DNA of 64,000 bases, taken from NCBI GenBank assembly GCA_900617105.1, contig UYFQ01000001.1:3224001-3288000 (forward strand). The letters are read 5' to 3'. This stretch comes from Hydrurus foetidus (taxonomy: Eukaryota). A program made the position numbers and the translations under genes. Below the pieces are notes generated by a model. The model had not been told where the DNA came from and made no database searches. It was given only the letters and a program-made list of their open reading frames with translations. How positions within the stretch are numbered: the first letter of the stretch is position 1; each line of letters begins with the position of its first letter. This document shows, piece by piece, positions 1 through 10,228 of this stretch.

Positions 1-3000
1 CGCACCACACCGCGCATGCCAAAACGGTTAAGCAGTTCGCCCGAGTCGGCGATGTCGAGTTTGAAGTTAAGGGCCGTTCTGCGTTTTTCGCCAGCGCTGG
101 CTGGGGTAGCGTTGGCAGTGGCGGTTTGCACATTCAGTGCGACCCAATTGCCACTGGCGGTCAGCGTCGCTTCAGGGTTAATCACGTTAAATTTGTTCAG
201 TCGCCATTCGCGCGCACCACCGTCGCGCGCTGCCGCACCTGTGCCCCGGTTCACCGCGTCAATTTCAATGCGGCCCAGTTTTTTGCCGCGCAGTTCCAGG
301 TCGTCCACCACGATGTCAAGCGCTGGCAAATTAGTTGGCTGCTCATCAAGCAGGCTGTCCACTTCCAATGCACCTGAAGGCCCCACGCTTAGCCGCGCCA
401 GCCGGGCCAATACCCGCGCAGGGGCGGCGTTGGCGGCTTGCCGGTATTCTGCGTAGCCGCTAAGCTCGTTGGCGTCCACGTTGGCGCGCCAGGTCAAGCC
501 GTCTCTGGAGCCGCCAATCACGAGGTTGTTGAACTTGCGGCCGGCTACTGTCAGCTCTTTGGCGCGGATCGCAATTTGGTTGGGGAAGTAGCTTTGGGGG
601 TTAATCGCTGTGCCGCCAGCAGGTGAGGCTTGCGTGGCGATGCTGCTGCCTACCGAACTGGTGAGTACTTTCTCCCAAGCGTCAATGTCAATGCTGGCGA
701 GATTGATGTTGGCCGCCACGCCCTTGTCGAGCAGCGAAACCGATTCGCCGGGCTCCAGGCCAATGCCAATGCTGCCGCGCACAATTCGCGCTTCTGGCGC
801 CACATCGCCGCTGATGTCGCGCACAAAAGTTGCGCTAGCGATCCGCCCAATGCTGACACTCAACTGGTCTTGCAATTTTTGCCCCGCGCCCATCGACTCG
901 CGCAGCACGGCGGTTTCAAAACGTACCGGCAGCAGGGCTTCAGCCGATTTATTCAAAGGCGGGGGCAGATTCAAACCCACGCCCTGCAAATTGCTGGTTA
1001 GTGACACCTCCATGGCGCCGCGCGTGACAGCCAGCGTAGCGGTGTAGGCGGCAGTGCCGGTGGCGTACTGCGCCAGCCGAGCCGCAGCGCCCAAGTCTTT
1101 GGCTTGGCGAACCGCCTCTAAAGACGCGGTTCCCTGAGCTTTAAATAAAACACTCGGCTCAGTGTCTGGGCCCGCGCCAGCCACGCGGCTTGCTGGGCGC
1201 ATTCCGCCTTCAATTCGAACATCGCCGCCCAGCAGCTGGGCCTGCGCTGCTGGTACCGCAAAGCCTTTTTCGGTAAATGTAGCCATGCCGCGCAGCTTCG
1301 TCAGCATGGGCGCACTGGGGGCCAGGCGAACGTCATTTCCGGGCAGCGAAACCGTGCCCCGCACAGATGTGTTGGCAATTGCATTGAGCGGCAAGTTCAG
1401 CTGCAGCGCGTATTCCCCGACGCCTGAGGCAGAAATTTTTTCAGCGGCTTTGCTCGTCATGGCAGCCAGCGGCGACGTATTAACAAAACTCACCGCGCTG
1501 GCCAATGGGCCTTTTATTTTGGCCTGCAGCTCCACCGTGGCCCCGCTCAGTAAATTCGGAATTTTGGCGTCTGCACGCAGCACCTGCAGGCCGGGCATGC
1601 CCGCAATGCCGCTGGTGGCGTTGTTGACTGCCAGCGTTGCGCGGTCAAACACCAGCTCCCCATTCAGCTCTGTTAATGCAGGCCAAGGCGTTGCGCCGGC
1701 AGGTTGCGCCCATGCTGGTACATAAGCCAGCACACCATTTTTAACTTGCGCTGCTACTTTGAATTCGCCCTTTTTGGGGTCGGCGAATGGAATCTCGTCA
1801 ACCGCGCCTTTGACCTTGAAGGTGACGTTGCTGACTTCGCCTTGCACTACAGCATCGCGCACATAGTGGCGCACCTGGTCTGCCATGACCAGCGGCAGGT
1901 AGCGGTGTACCCGCGCGCCGTTGCCTCGGCTCAAAACGCCTTGCAGGTCAAGCGTGCCCAGTGACTTCACATCCGGTGCGGTTCCCGCCGAGCCGCCCGA
2001 TTGCCACAGGGCCTGCGCGGTGCCTTGCGCATCGGGGCCTGAAAACTTGACGTCTGGCAACGCGACCTCGACTGTGCCGCCGCTTAGCTTCCAGCGCACG
2101 TCGGTGCTCAATTGATCAAACTCCACACGCGGGTCTTCAAATACGCCGGGCAGGTCTACATGCCCTTTGGTTAGGGCCAGTTTGCCAGTGCCGCCGGCTT
2201 GCGTAACGTCAAAATCAAAGGTTGCGCCTTTGATACCGGGTCTGCCAGGCAACGGGTGCCGCACTTGGGGGTAGCTGGACGGGGCCGCCTGGGTTGTTGT
2301 GCCAACGGCTTTAGGGGGCCGCAGCACTGTGCTCGGCAAAGCCAACAGCTCCAAGCCGCTAACACGGCCTTTTGCGGTGTAGACGGCATCGCCTTTTAGC
2401 GGCTCTTCCCAGCGCGCCTGCACAGCTTCGACCAAACCCTTCGGCGCGAACGAGGTAATAGCGGCGTGCGTTGCGCTGCTCAGCGGCAACCGCAAAGCGA
2501 CTTGCGACACAGCAGCCAGGTCAAGTCGATCAGCTTTGAGTTCACTGCGCACCGCGGTTGTGCCAACGGTTCCCTGGCTGCTGAAAGCCACATTGCCGCC
2601 CGGCCAGGTAAGGCCGTCGAGCGTTGTAAAAGTCAACCCTTCGGTATCAAATGAAAAGCCGTCGTCCAGCAGCTGGGCACCGAGGCGACCGGCGGCTGAA
2701 GTGAGGGTCAGCGGCTGCAACGATTTGCCCAACTGAACGTTCACGCCGCTGAGAACTACATCAGCAGTGGCGCCCAACACTTTCCCTTTGGCAACGTCTG
2801 CCCACGCACGTAAACTGCCACTGCCAGTTTTGGGGCTGATACCAAGCGAATCGAGTTTGACGTACGGAACAATCAACGACACGTCAACCCGGCTGAAGTC
2901 TGCAAACAGCTGGCCCGACCAGTCTTGCCAGTGGCCAGCGTCTAGCGCCAGCAGCGGCTGCTTGAATAAACCCCGCAGGCTGAACCTGTCGCCCCAGCCC

Positions 3001-3623
3001 GGCGGCGGGGTGGCATCCAGGCGCAGTGCGTGGCGACGCGGGCCGTTTCGCACTACCACATCTACCTGCTGCAGTACCAGCGGCTCAACGTTGTTGAGCT
3101 CGTCTGCCCAAAGAATGCTGCCGCCCCTGATAACAAATTCTGTTTGAGAAAAAAACCAGTCTGCGACGCCGCTGCCGCCTGTGTTGTTGCTTGATACAGC
3201 CAGTCCGCCCACGTAGATTTTCCCGTCAGCGGTTCGCCTGACATCCAGCGCGGGCTGGTCGATGACCAATTGCTCAAAACCCGCGCCCAAAACCGACGAG
3301 GGCGACAGCGCCGCCAGCACCAGTGGCAGGCGCAGCGCTTCTCGGCCCTGTGGGTCTAGCAGCGCCACATCACGCAGCTCAAACGAGGGAAATATCCCGA
3401 CTGATTGCGCGGTGAGCTGCTTGATGCGAACCGGCACCCCCAGCGCTTGGCTGGCTACGGCTTCAAGGCGCGGGCGGAAATCGCCGATTCGCGGCACAAT
3501 CCACGCGTGCAGTACACCCCAGCCCAAAAGCGTGAGTAGCCATACCCCAACCACTAGCCACAGCACCGCCCGAGCAGCGGCGGCCAGAAAATGTGTGCGG
3601 GTCCAAGGTGCGGTTTTGCTCAA
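1..3623 (-). CDS. yhdP: YhdP (TIGR02099/AsmA-like) lipid transport protein, 3' part runs off the window
   Basis: Not in the ORF track because it is open at the edge. Hand translation from TTG at 3623 gives an N-terminal TM helix, then WGVLHAWIVPRIGDFRPRLE, typical of YhdP. Divergent from glnE. I translated only the 5' end. Confidence 0.85.
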   Translation of the reverse strand, partial: MSKTAPWTRTHFLAAAARAVLWLVVGVWLLTLLGWGVLHAWIVPRIGDFRPRLEAVASQALGVPVRIKQLTAQSVGIFPSFELRDVALLDPQGREALRLPLVLAALSPSSVLGAGFEQLVIDQPALDVRRTADGKIYVGGLAVSSNNTGGSGVADWFFSQTEFVIRGGSILWADELNNVEPLVLQQVDVVVRNGPRRHALRLDATPPPGWGDRFSLRGLFKQPLLALDAGHWQDWSGQLFADFSRVDVSLIVPYVKLDSLGISPKTGSGSLRAWADVAKGKVLGATADVVLSGVNVQLGKSLQPLTLTSAAGRLGAQLLDDGFSFDTEGLTFTTLDGLTWPGGNVAFSSQGTVGTTAVRSELKADRLDLAAVSQVALRLPLSSATHAAITSFAPKGLVEAVQARWEEPLKGDAVYTAKGRVSGLELLALPSTVLRPPKAVGTTTQAAPSSYPQVRHPLPGRPGIKGATFDFDVTQAGGTGKLALTKGHVDLPGVFEDPRVEFDQLSTDVRWKLSGGTVEVALPDVKFSGPDAQGTAQALWQSGGSAGTAPDVKSLGTLDLQGVLSRGNGARVHRYLPLVMADQVRHYVRDAVVQGEVSNVTFKVKGAVDEIPFADPKKGEFKVAAQVKNGVLAYVPAWAQPAGATPWPALTELNGELVFDRATLAVNNATSGIAGMPGLQVLRADAKIPNLLSGATVELQAKIKGPLASAVSFVNTSPLAAMTSKAAEKISASGVGEYALQLNLPLNAIANTSVRGTVSLPGNDVRLAPSAPMLTKLRGMATFTEKGFAVPAAQAQLLGGDVRIEGGMRPASRVAGAGPDTEPSVLFKAQGTASLEAVRQAKDLGAAARLAQYATGTAAYTATLAVTRGAMEVSLTSNLQGVGLNLPPPLNKSAEALLPVRFETAVLRESMGAGQKLQDQLSVSIGRIASATFVRDISGDVAPEARIVRGSIGIGLEPGESVSLLDKGVAANINLASIDIDAWEKVLTSSVGSSIATQASPAGGTAINPQSYFPNQIAIRAKELTVAGRKFNNLVIGGSRDGLTWRANVDANELSGYAEYRQAANAAPARVLARLARLSVGPSGALEVDSLLDEQPTNLPALDIVVDDLELRGKKLGRIEIDAVNRGTGAAARDGGAREWRLNKFNVINPEATLTASGNWVALNVQTATANATPASAGEKRRTALNFKLDIADSGELLNRFGMRGVV

Positions 3624-3720
3624 ATCAGATCGCTCGGTGGTGGTTGTTTGTGCAAGCTAAATTATGACTGCCAGCACCAGTGTTTGTTCCGCTGAGTTGC
3701 AACAACTTATCTAAGGCCGC

Positions 3721-6513
3721 ATGTCTTTCCTAAGCCCAAGCTGTGCACCATTCTCGGATTACTCACGGTTCGTGCAGCGAATACGCAGGCGCTACAGTGC
3801 TGAGCTGGCGATATTGCCCGCAGGCGAGCCGCTATCCGCCTCGCTTCAAATTGCTTTTGATGCGCTGATTCAAAGCGGACTGCCGCTGGGTGCGGCACTC
3901 AGAGTGCTGCGCCAACTGGTCATGGAGCGCTTGGTAGTGCTGGACTGCGATGCAGTCGGGGACTCGCCCGCACAGTTGGTGGTGATTACGCGGGCAATGA
4001 CCGAGTTGGCCGAGTTTTCGTTAAACGCCGCGGTAGTGGCATCGCAAAAAACACTTGATTCGTTGTACGGCCCGCCGCAGGGGCCGAGCGGCGAACGGGC
4101 GCAATTGTGGGTGGTGGGCATGGGCAAGCTGGGTGCGCGTGAGCTCAATGTGTCCAGCGACATTGACCTGATTTACGTCTACGACCACGACGGGCAAACC
4201 GCAGGCCGCCTGCCAGGCGACGGGCGAGGGCACATCAGCAACCACGAGTATTTTGCGCACCAGGTTAAAGCCATTTACACACTGATTGGGGATGTCACTG
4301 AGCACGGTTTTGTGTTCCGGGTGGATTTGGCGCTCAGGCCGCACGGCGGCTCTGGCCCGGCGGCCATGTCGCTTAGCGCACTGGAGGATTATTTTCAAGC
4401 CCATGGCCGCGAATGGGAGCGCTTTGCATGGCTTAAAAGCCGCGTGGTTGCACCGCTTGACTGCATTCAAAGCGGTAGCGCCGAGCAGCTGCGTTCTTCA
4501 GTGCTGCCGTTTGTCTTTAGGCGTTATCTCGACTATGGCGTGTTTGACGCGCTGCGGGTGTTGCATCGGCAAATTCGCGAGCATGCTGCCAAGCGCAGTG
4601 CGGGCCGCCCCGAGCGTGCCAATGACGTCAAAATGTCTCGCGGCGGCATTCGTGAAATTGAATTTACCGTGCAGCTTTTGCAGGTAGTACGCGGCGGCCA
4701 GTTCCCCGAGCTGCGCACTCGCCCCACAGTCGATGCACTGGCACGCTTGGCCAAGGCCGGGTTGATGGATGTGCCAACCGCAAACGCGCTGGCAGCGGCA
4801 TACGATTTTTTGCGGCACACCGAGCATCGTATTCAGTACCTGGACGACCAGCAAACACATGCGCTGCCCACGCGTGACGACGACTTGGCCTGGATTGCGG
4901 CCAGCATGGGCTTTGCCGACTGCTGCCATTTTTTGCATGCGCTGGACGCCCACCGAGAGTTGGTGGCTGGTGAATTTGACAAGCTGCTGGGCGGCAAACC
5001 TGACTGCAAGGGCTGCAACAAAGGTGCGGAATCGGGTTCGTTGAGCAACGCAGCTTCACCGTTGTTACTCGACGATGTGCTGGACCATTTGTCTGTGCAG
5101 TGGCCAGACCAGTTTCGCGCGCGCTTAGTTGCCTTGCGACAGCACCCCAAAGTGCTTGGCCTGCGCGATGAGTCGCGTGCGCGCTTGGCACAGCTGGTTC
5201 AGCGCACAGCCGTTTGGTTAAACGAAGGCTCAGTCAGTGAAGAGGCTGCGCTGCGCATCATGGACTGGATTGAACCACTGCTCAGGCGTGAAACTTACCT
5301 GGCGCTGCTGCTGGAGCGCCCAGTTGTGCATCAGCGGCTGCTGCGCTTGCTGGGTGCGGCCAAGTGGCCAGCGCGCTACTTGCTGCGCCACCCGGGCGTG
5401 ATTGATGAGCTTGCCAACAGCGACATGCTTAGCGAGCGCTTTAACTCAGCCAGCTACCAGAGCGAGCTAAACCAGCGGCTGGAATCGGTCAGGCGCACGG
5501 GCGAAGACGACGAAGAAACGTGTTTGAATTTGCTTCGGCGGGCGCACCACGCCGAGATGTTTCGCACCTTGGCCCGCGACGTTGAAGGCGTGCTGACCGT
5601 AGAGCAAGTGGCCGATGATCTGAGTGCTTTGGCCGAGGCAACGCTCAGCACTACCCTTGACTGGTGCTGGCAGCGGCTTAAAAACAAGCACCGGACTAGC
5701 CCGCAACTGGCCATCATTGCGTACGGCAAACTGGGCGGCAAAGAGCTGGGCTACGGCAGTGATTTAGACATTGTGTTTGTGTACGAAGACGAGCACGAAC
5801 AAGCCGCTGAGGTTTACGCTGCTTTGGTGCGCAAGCTCATCAACTGGTTGACCATTAAAACCAGCGAAGGCGATTTGTTTGAGATTGACACCGCGCTGCG
5901 TCCCAACGGCAACTCGGGTTTGCTCGTTACCAGTTTTACTGCGTATGCCAATTACCAGCAACAGCGCGGCAGCAACACCGCCTGGACGTGGGAACACCAA
6001 GCCATGACACGCGCCCGTTTTGTGCTGGGCGCGCAACCTTTACGCGAGCGGTTTGAAGCAATCCGGACCGGCGTGATTACCGCCCCGCGCGACATCGGTT
6101 TATTGCAAAACGAAATTGTCGCCATGCGCAAAAAAGTCAGTGCCGCGCGGCCGGTAAAAGCCGGGCTGTTCGATGTCAAGCACAGCCCCGGCGGCATGGT
6201 CGATGCCGAGTTTGCGGTGCAATTTTTGGTGTTGTCACAGTCTGGCGCCCACCCAGAGTTGGCCGACAACGTGGGAAATATTGCGCTGCTGATTCGAGCC
6301 GAGCAGGCCGGCCTGCTACCCCCTGGGGTAGGCCAAGCGGCAGCATCCGCCTACCGCGAATTGCGCCGGGTGCAGCACAAAGCCCGCCTTGATGAAACGC
6401 CCACTCAGGTCAGCTCGGGAGAGTTGGCAAGCGAGCAAGAGGCGATTCAGCAGCTATGGAAGGCTGCTTTTAATCACGAGCTTTCATTGCCGGTAGCGAC
6501 TTCGGTTGGATAA
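3721..6513 (+). CDS. glnE: Bifunctional glutamine synthetase adenylyltransferase/adenylyl-removing enzyme
   Basis: 930 aa with two nucleotidyltransferase motifs, MGKLGARELNVSSDIDL and YGKLGGKELGYGSDLD; also WEHQAMTRAR. Confidence 0.97.
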   Translation: MSFLSPSCAPFSDYSRFVQRIRRRYSAELAILPAGEPLSASLQIAFDALIQSGLPLGAALRVLRQLVMERLVVLDCDAVGDSPAQLVVITRAMTELAEFSLNAAVVASQKTLDSLYGPPQGPSGERAQLWVVGMGKLGARELNVSSDIDLIYVYDHDGQTAGRLPGDGRGHISNHEYFAHQVKAIYTLIGDVTEHGFVFRVDLALRPHGGSGPAAMSLSALEDYFQAHGREWERFAWLKSRVVAPLDCIQSGSAEQLRSSVLPFVFRRYLDYGVFDALRVLHRQIREHAAKRSAGRPERANDVKMSRGGIREIEFTVQLLQVVRGGQFPELRTRPTVDALARLAKAGLMDVPTANALAAAYDFLRHTEHRIQYLDDQQTHALPTRDDDLAWIAASMGFADCCHFLHALDAHRELVAGEFDKLLGGKPDCKGCNKGAESGSLSNAASPLLLDDVLDHLSVQWPDQFRARLVALRQHPKVLGLRDESRARLAQLVQRTAVWLNEGSVSEEAALRIMDWIEPLLRRETYLALLLERPVVHQRLLRLLGAAKWPARYLLRHPGVIDELANSDMLSERFNSASYQSELNQRLESVRRTGEDDEETCLNLLRRAHHAEMFRTLARDVEGVLTVEQVADDLSALAEATLSTTLDWCWQRLKNKHRTSPQLAIIAYGKLGGKELGYGSDLDIVFVYEDEHEQAAEVYAALVRKLINWLTIKTSEGDLFEIDTALRPNGNSGLLVTSFTAYANYQQQRGSNTAWTWEHQAMTRARFVLGAQPLRERFEAIRTGVITAPRDIGLLQNEIVAMRKKVSAARPVKAGLFDVKHSPGGMVDAEFAVQFLVLSQSGAHPELADNVGNIALLIRAEQAGLLPPGVGQAAASAYRELRRVQHKARLDETPTQVSSGELASEQEAIQQLWKAAFNHELSLPVATSVG

Positions 6514-6566
6514 AGATTTTTCAATTTGCAAACTGATGTTTTTCAATGTAATAGTTTGAGTTAGTT

Positions 6567-6582
6567 AATCAATCGTTTGATT
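6567..6582. promoter_or_regulatory. Probable TetR operator (imperfect palindrome)
   Basis: AATCAATCGTTTGATT lies 20 bp upstream of the TetR gene; autoregulation is inferred. Confidence 0.55.
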
Positions 6583-6602
6583 TATGTGATTAAATCGAGC
6601 GC

Positions 6603-7370
6603 ATGAGCGTATTTCTTAAGCCAAAAAAAGCTGCTGCTTCGGCCCGCGCGCCAGGCAAAGCGGCCCAACCCGCACAGCCCGCCCAACCCGTACGGCTCGC
6701 ACATTTGCCCCCAAACTCGCCAGCCACGCCGCGCCCTTTTCGCGCTGGAGGCGCTGAAGCGCGCCAAAAGCTGATCACCGAGGCACTGCGCTTGTTCTCG
6801 GAAAAAGGTTTTGCCAAAACCTCTACCCGCGCCATCGCCCAAGCCGCAGGCGCCAACATCGCGTCTATTAGTTATTACTTTGGCGACAAAGCCGGCCTGT
6901 ATCGCACCATGTTTTTGGAGCCGATGGGCGGGCCTGAGCAAGACCTGTCGGTGTTCGCGCAGCCGCATTTCACCCTGCGTGAATCGTTGGCGGGGTTGAT
7001 TGGCAGTTTTCTGGAACCGATGAAGCAGGGCGAGCTGATGCAGCAGTGCATGCGTCTGCACTTTCGTGAAATGCTGGAGCCCACCGGAATGTGGGCGCAT
7101 GAAATTGACAAAAGCATCAAGCCCGCGCACGCCGCGCTGGTCGCCATGCTGGGTCGGCACCTGGGCGTAAAAACCGCTGATGATTATTTGCACCGGCTGG
7201 CTTTCAGTATTGCCGGGCTGGCCATGCATTTGTACATGACGCGAGACATTGTTGAGGCGATCCGGCCGCGGCTGCTGCAAGGCTCAACGTCCATTGAGGT
7301 GTGGGCCGAGCAGATGGTCGACCAGGCAGAGGCCATGGTGCTGCTTGAAGCGGCGCGGCGAAAGAAATAA
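6603..7370 (+). CDS. TetR-family (CecR/DUF1956-like) transcriptional regulator
   Basis: HTH region ALRLFSEKGFAKTSTRAIAQAAGANIASISYYFGDKAGLY; heads the efflux operon. Confidence 0.92.
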   Translation: MSVFLKPKKAAASARAPGKAAQPAQPAQPVRLAHLPPNSPATPRPFRAGGAEARQKLITEALRLFSEKGFAKTSTRAIAQAAGANIASISYYFGDKAGLYRTMFLEPMGGPEQDLSVFAQPHFTLRESLAGLIGSFLEPMKQGELMQQCMRLHFREMLEPTGMWAHEIDKSIKPAHAALVAMLGRHLGVKTADDYLHRLAFSIAGLAMHLYMTRDIVEAIRPRLLQGSTSIEVWAEQMVDQAEAMVLLEAARRKK

Positions 7371-7373
7371 CGC

Positions 7374-8903
7374 ATGGCACCCTTACATCGGCTTGAAGAT
7401 TTGATCAGCTGCGGGAGCAGTCGCTCGGTCGTGCTCGCAACTTGCCTAATGGCTTCGACTTTGCTGCTGGGTGGCTGCGCTACTTCACCTTTGCCCAGTG
7501 CAGTTGATGCGCAAGCGCCGCCGCAGTGGTATGCCAATCTTCCCAGCGGTAGCGGGCAAGCGGGCTTGCCGCACAACGCCAGCCTGAGCAGCTTGTCTGG
7601 CTGGTGGCAATTGCAAAACGATTCGCTGCTGGTCGAGTTGATTGATGCGGCGCAGCGGGTGGGGCCGTCGGTCATCACTGCCAGAGCCAACCTTGCACAG
7701 GCGCGGGCTGCCCGCAGCATTTCGGGCGGGGCGCTGCTGCCTTTGCTTGAGGGTGTGGGCAGCGTCAGTCGCGGCTCGCTGGCCTCTAGCGGTGCTTCAA
7801 GTGGCGCGCCGGGTGGGGGTTCGGCCAGTGGCGTTTCCACCACCGCGCAGTTGGGGCTGCAAGCCAGTTGGGAAATCGATGTGTTCGGTAAAAACGCCGC
7901 CAAGCGCGATGCGTCTGAAGAGCGCTTGATGGCCAGCCAGGCCCAGTGGCACGATGCGCGGGTAGTGGTGGCCGCCGAGGTGGCCAGTCAGTATTACAAC
8001 TTGCGGTCATGTGAAAAGCAGCTTGCTGTGACCGCGCTTGACGCGAAGTCTCGCGCAGAGACCAGCCGCCTGACGGCCTTGGCAACTCAGGCAGGTTTTG
8101 GCGCGCCAGCAGTCGCCGCATTGGCCAGAGCCAGCGCCGCGGAGGGCGCCAGCCGCTTGACTCAACAGCGCGCACAGTGCGCATTGATTGTCAAAGCGCT
8201 GGTGGCACTGACCGCGCTTGATGAGCCGGAGCTGGCGCAAAAACTGGCCAAGTCGCTTCAACAGGCGCCAGACGGCCAGCCGCAGCAACCCATCATGAAT
8301 GTGGCCAGCGTGCCAGCACAAGTGCTCGGGCAACGGCCAGACGTGTACAGCGCTGCGCGCGAGGTGTCGGCTGCCAGTTTTGACGTGGGCAGCGCTGCCG
8401 CTGCACGCCTGCCGCGTTTGACGCTGGCCGGCAACATCGGCACGAGCCGAACCCGGGTCAGTGGTATGTCGCAAAGCTTTGATACCTGGTCATTCGGTCC
8501 GCTGTCGCTTACCTTGCCGCTGCTGGATGGCGGGGTAAGCCGAGGCAACCTCGACATCGCCAATGCTAGACATGACGAAGCCATTGGCAAGTACAAAAGC
8601 GTGGTCAGGCTGGCTGTTAAAGAGGTTGAAGAAGCGCTGGTGAATTTGCAGTCCACCGCCGACCGCGCCAGCGACACCGACATCGCGGCTGACGGCTACC
8701 GCGCGTCGTTTGCCGGAACCGAGGCGCGCTACAAAGCCGGACTGGCCAGCCTGGTTGAGCTGGAAGAAAGTCGCCGCACGCTGCTGGCCGCGCAGGGCGC
8801 TTTAATTTCTTTGCAGCTCGAACGCCGAAACGCCTGGATAGCGCTGTACCGCGCACTGGGCGGTGGCTGGCGAGTAGAGGCCAACGCCGAAGCCGCGCAG
8901 TAA
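7374..8903 (+). CDS. RND efflux outer membrane factor lipoprotein (NodT/OprM family)
   Basis: Lipobox LGGC, SWEIDVFG, RPDV and C-terminal LYRALGGGW. The true start may be the ATG at about 7449. Confidence 0.93.
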   Translation: MAPLHRLEDLISCGSSRSVVLATCLMASTLLLGGCATSPLPSAVDAQAPPQWYANLPSGSGQAGLPHNASLSSLSGWWQLQNDSLLVELIDAAQRVGPSVITARANLAQARAARSISGGALLPLLEGVGSVSRGSLASSGASSGAPGGGSASGVSTTAQLGLQASWEIDVFGKNAAKRDASEERLMASQAQWHDARVVVAAEVASQYYNLRSCEKQLAVTALDAKSRAETSRLTALATQAGFGAPAVAALARASAAEGASRLTQQRAQCALIVKALVALTALDEPELAQKLAKSLQQAPDGQPQQPIMNVASVPAQVLGQRPDVYSAAREVSAASFDVGSAAAARLPRLTLAGNIGTSRTRVSGMSQSFDTWSFGPLSLTLPLLDGGVSRGNLDIANARHDEAIGKYKSVVRLAVKEVEEALVNLQSTADRASDTDIAADGYRASFAGTEARYKAGLASLVELEESRRTLLAAQGALISLQLERRNAWIALYRALGGGWRVEANAEAAQ

Positions 8904-8938
8904 GAACAATCGTCGAACTTTTTCAAGTTGATTCACCT

Positions 8939-10105
8939 ATGCCATCTCTAAACCGAAAATCAATTGCTATTATTAGCATAGCTGCTTGCGCCCTAATAAT
9001 AGCGGCTGCAGCCCTCTTTTATACAAAAAATAAGCCAAAAGAAGAGAAAACTGCCTCTGCACCCAAAGCAGCCCTCACGGTCAGCACTGAAAGCCCTGTC
9101 GCGCGCAGCTTGCCGATTGCGCTGTCGGCCAATGGCAGCATTGCCGCGTGGCAAGAAGCCATCATCAGCAGTGAATCTGAGGGGCTCAAGCTGATAGAGG
9201 TCAAAGCCAACGTCGGCGACCGTGTGCGAGTAGGCCAAGTGCTGGCCACGTTTTCTAGCGACAAAGGACGTGCTGAAGTAGCGCAGGCCAAAGCCAGCCT
9301 GGCCGAGGCTGAAGCCAACGCGGCGGAAGCTGCCGGTAACGCCGACAAAGCCCGCACCCTGCAGGCCAGCGGTGCGCTAAGCGACCAGCAAATCAACCAG
9401 TACCTGACATTGGCCAAAACCGCCAAGGCCAAGCTGGAGGCAAGCCGCGCGGCGCTCAATGTGCAGCAACTGCGCTTGGCGCAAACCCAATTGCTGGCGC
9501 CCGACAACGGCGTTATTTCTGCACGCACTGCCACCGTGGGCGCAGTGGTGGGCAGTGGCGCAGAGCTGTTCAAAATGATTCGCGGTGGCCGCCTGGAGTG
9601 GCGGGCCGAGGCCACCAGCGCCGAGGTAGCGCGCATCAAGTCGGGCGACAAAGCTGTTGTGGTGGCCGCCAGCGGCGCGCGGGTTGAAGGCCGTGTGCGC
9701 ATGGTTGCACCTACCGTTGACGCTGCCACCCGCACCGCGCTGGTCTATGTTGATTTGCCCGCCAGAGATGACCTGAAAGCTGGCATGTACGCCAAAGGCG
9801 ACTTTGCGCTGGGTGCCAGCGACGCGCTAACGCTGCAGCAGCAGGCGTTGGTGCTGCGCGATGGTTTTACTTACGCCATGCGGGTTGAGGCAAACAACAA
9901 GGTCAGCCAAATCAAATTACAAACCGGCCGCCGCGTGGGCGATGCGGTTGAAATTTTGCAGGGTGCCAAGCTAGGCGAAAAGTTTGTGTCGAGCGGCGCT
10001 GCTTTTTTAGCCGACGGCGACACCGTGAAGGTAGTTGCAGCAATGGCTGCTTCGCCAGCATCGGCTGCAAGCGCGATTGACGCCAAAACCGCGCCTAAAC
10101 CTTAA
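8939..10105 (+). CDS. RND efflux periplasmic adaptor (MFP)
   Basis: N-terminal TM helix, VGDRVRVGQVLA, helical hairpin, APDNGVI; lies between the OMF and RND genes. Confidence 0.93.
   Translation: MPSLNRKSIAIISIAACALIIAAAALFYTKNKPKEEKTASAPKAALTVSTESPVARSLPIALSANGSIAAWQEAIISSESEGLKLIEVKANVGDRVRVGQVLATFSSDKGRAEVAQAKASLAEAEANAAEAAGNADKARTLQASGALSDQQINQYLTLAKTAKAKLEASRAALNVQQLRLAQTQLLAPDNGVISARTATVGAVVGSGAELFKMIRGGRLEWRAEATSAEVARIKSGDKAVVVAASGARVEGRVRMVAPTVDAATRTALVYVDLPARDDLKAGMYAKGDFALGASDALTLQQQALVLRDGFTYAMRVEANNKVSQIKLQTGRRVGDAVEILQGAKLGEKFVSSGAAFLADGDTVKVVAAMAASPASAASAIDAKTAPKP
8966..9008 (-). repeat. 43-bp dispersed motif, copy 1 (in the MFP N-terminal TM coding region)
   Basis: Reverse complement CAGCCGCTATTATTAGGGCGCAAGCAGCTATGCTAATAATAGC; encodes AIISIAACALIIAA. 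Confidence 0.75.
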
Positions 10106-10137
10106 TTTAGTGCTTATTTCCCTATAAATAACAGGTC

Positions 10138-10180
10138 CTAGTCAATAAATACGGGCGCGAGAAGCTCTGTATTTAATAGC
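10138..10180 (+). repeat. 43-bp dispersed motif, copy 2 (intergenic, MFP-RND)
   Basis: CTAGTCAATAAATACGGGCGCGAGAAGCTCTGTATTTAATAGC. Confidence 0.8.
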
Positions 10181-10228
10181 AAATTAAATGTGCACTGCTG
10201 ACCGTAACCTGATGCTGGAGTACTTGAT

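Noticed and set aside
16..3660. Many plus-strand ORFs of 60-190 aa in the ORF track
   Set aside because: They are antisense shadows of the long minus-strand yhdP frame and show no protein motifs.
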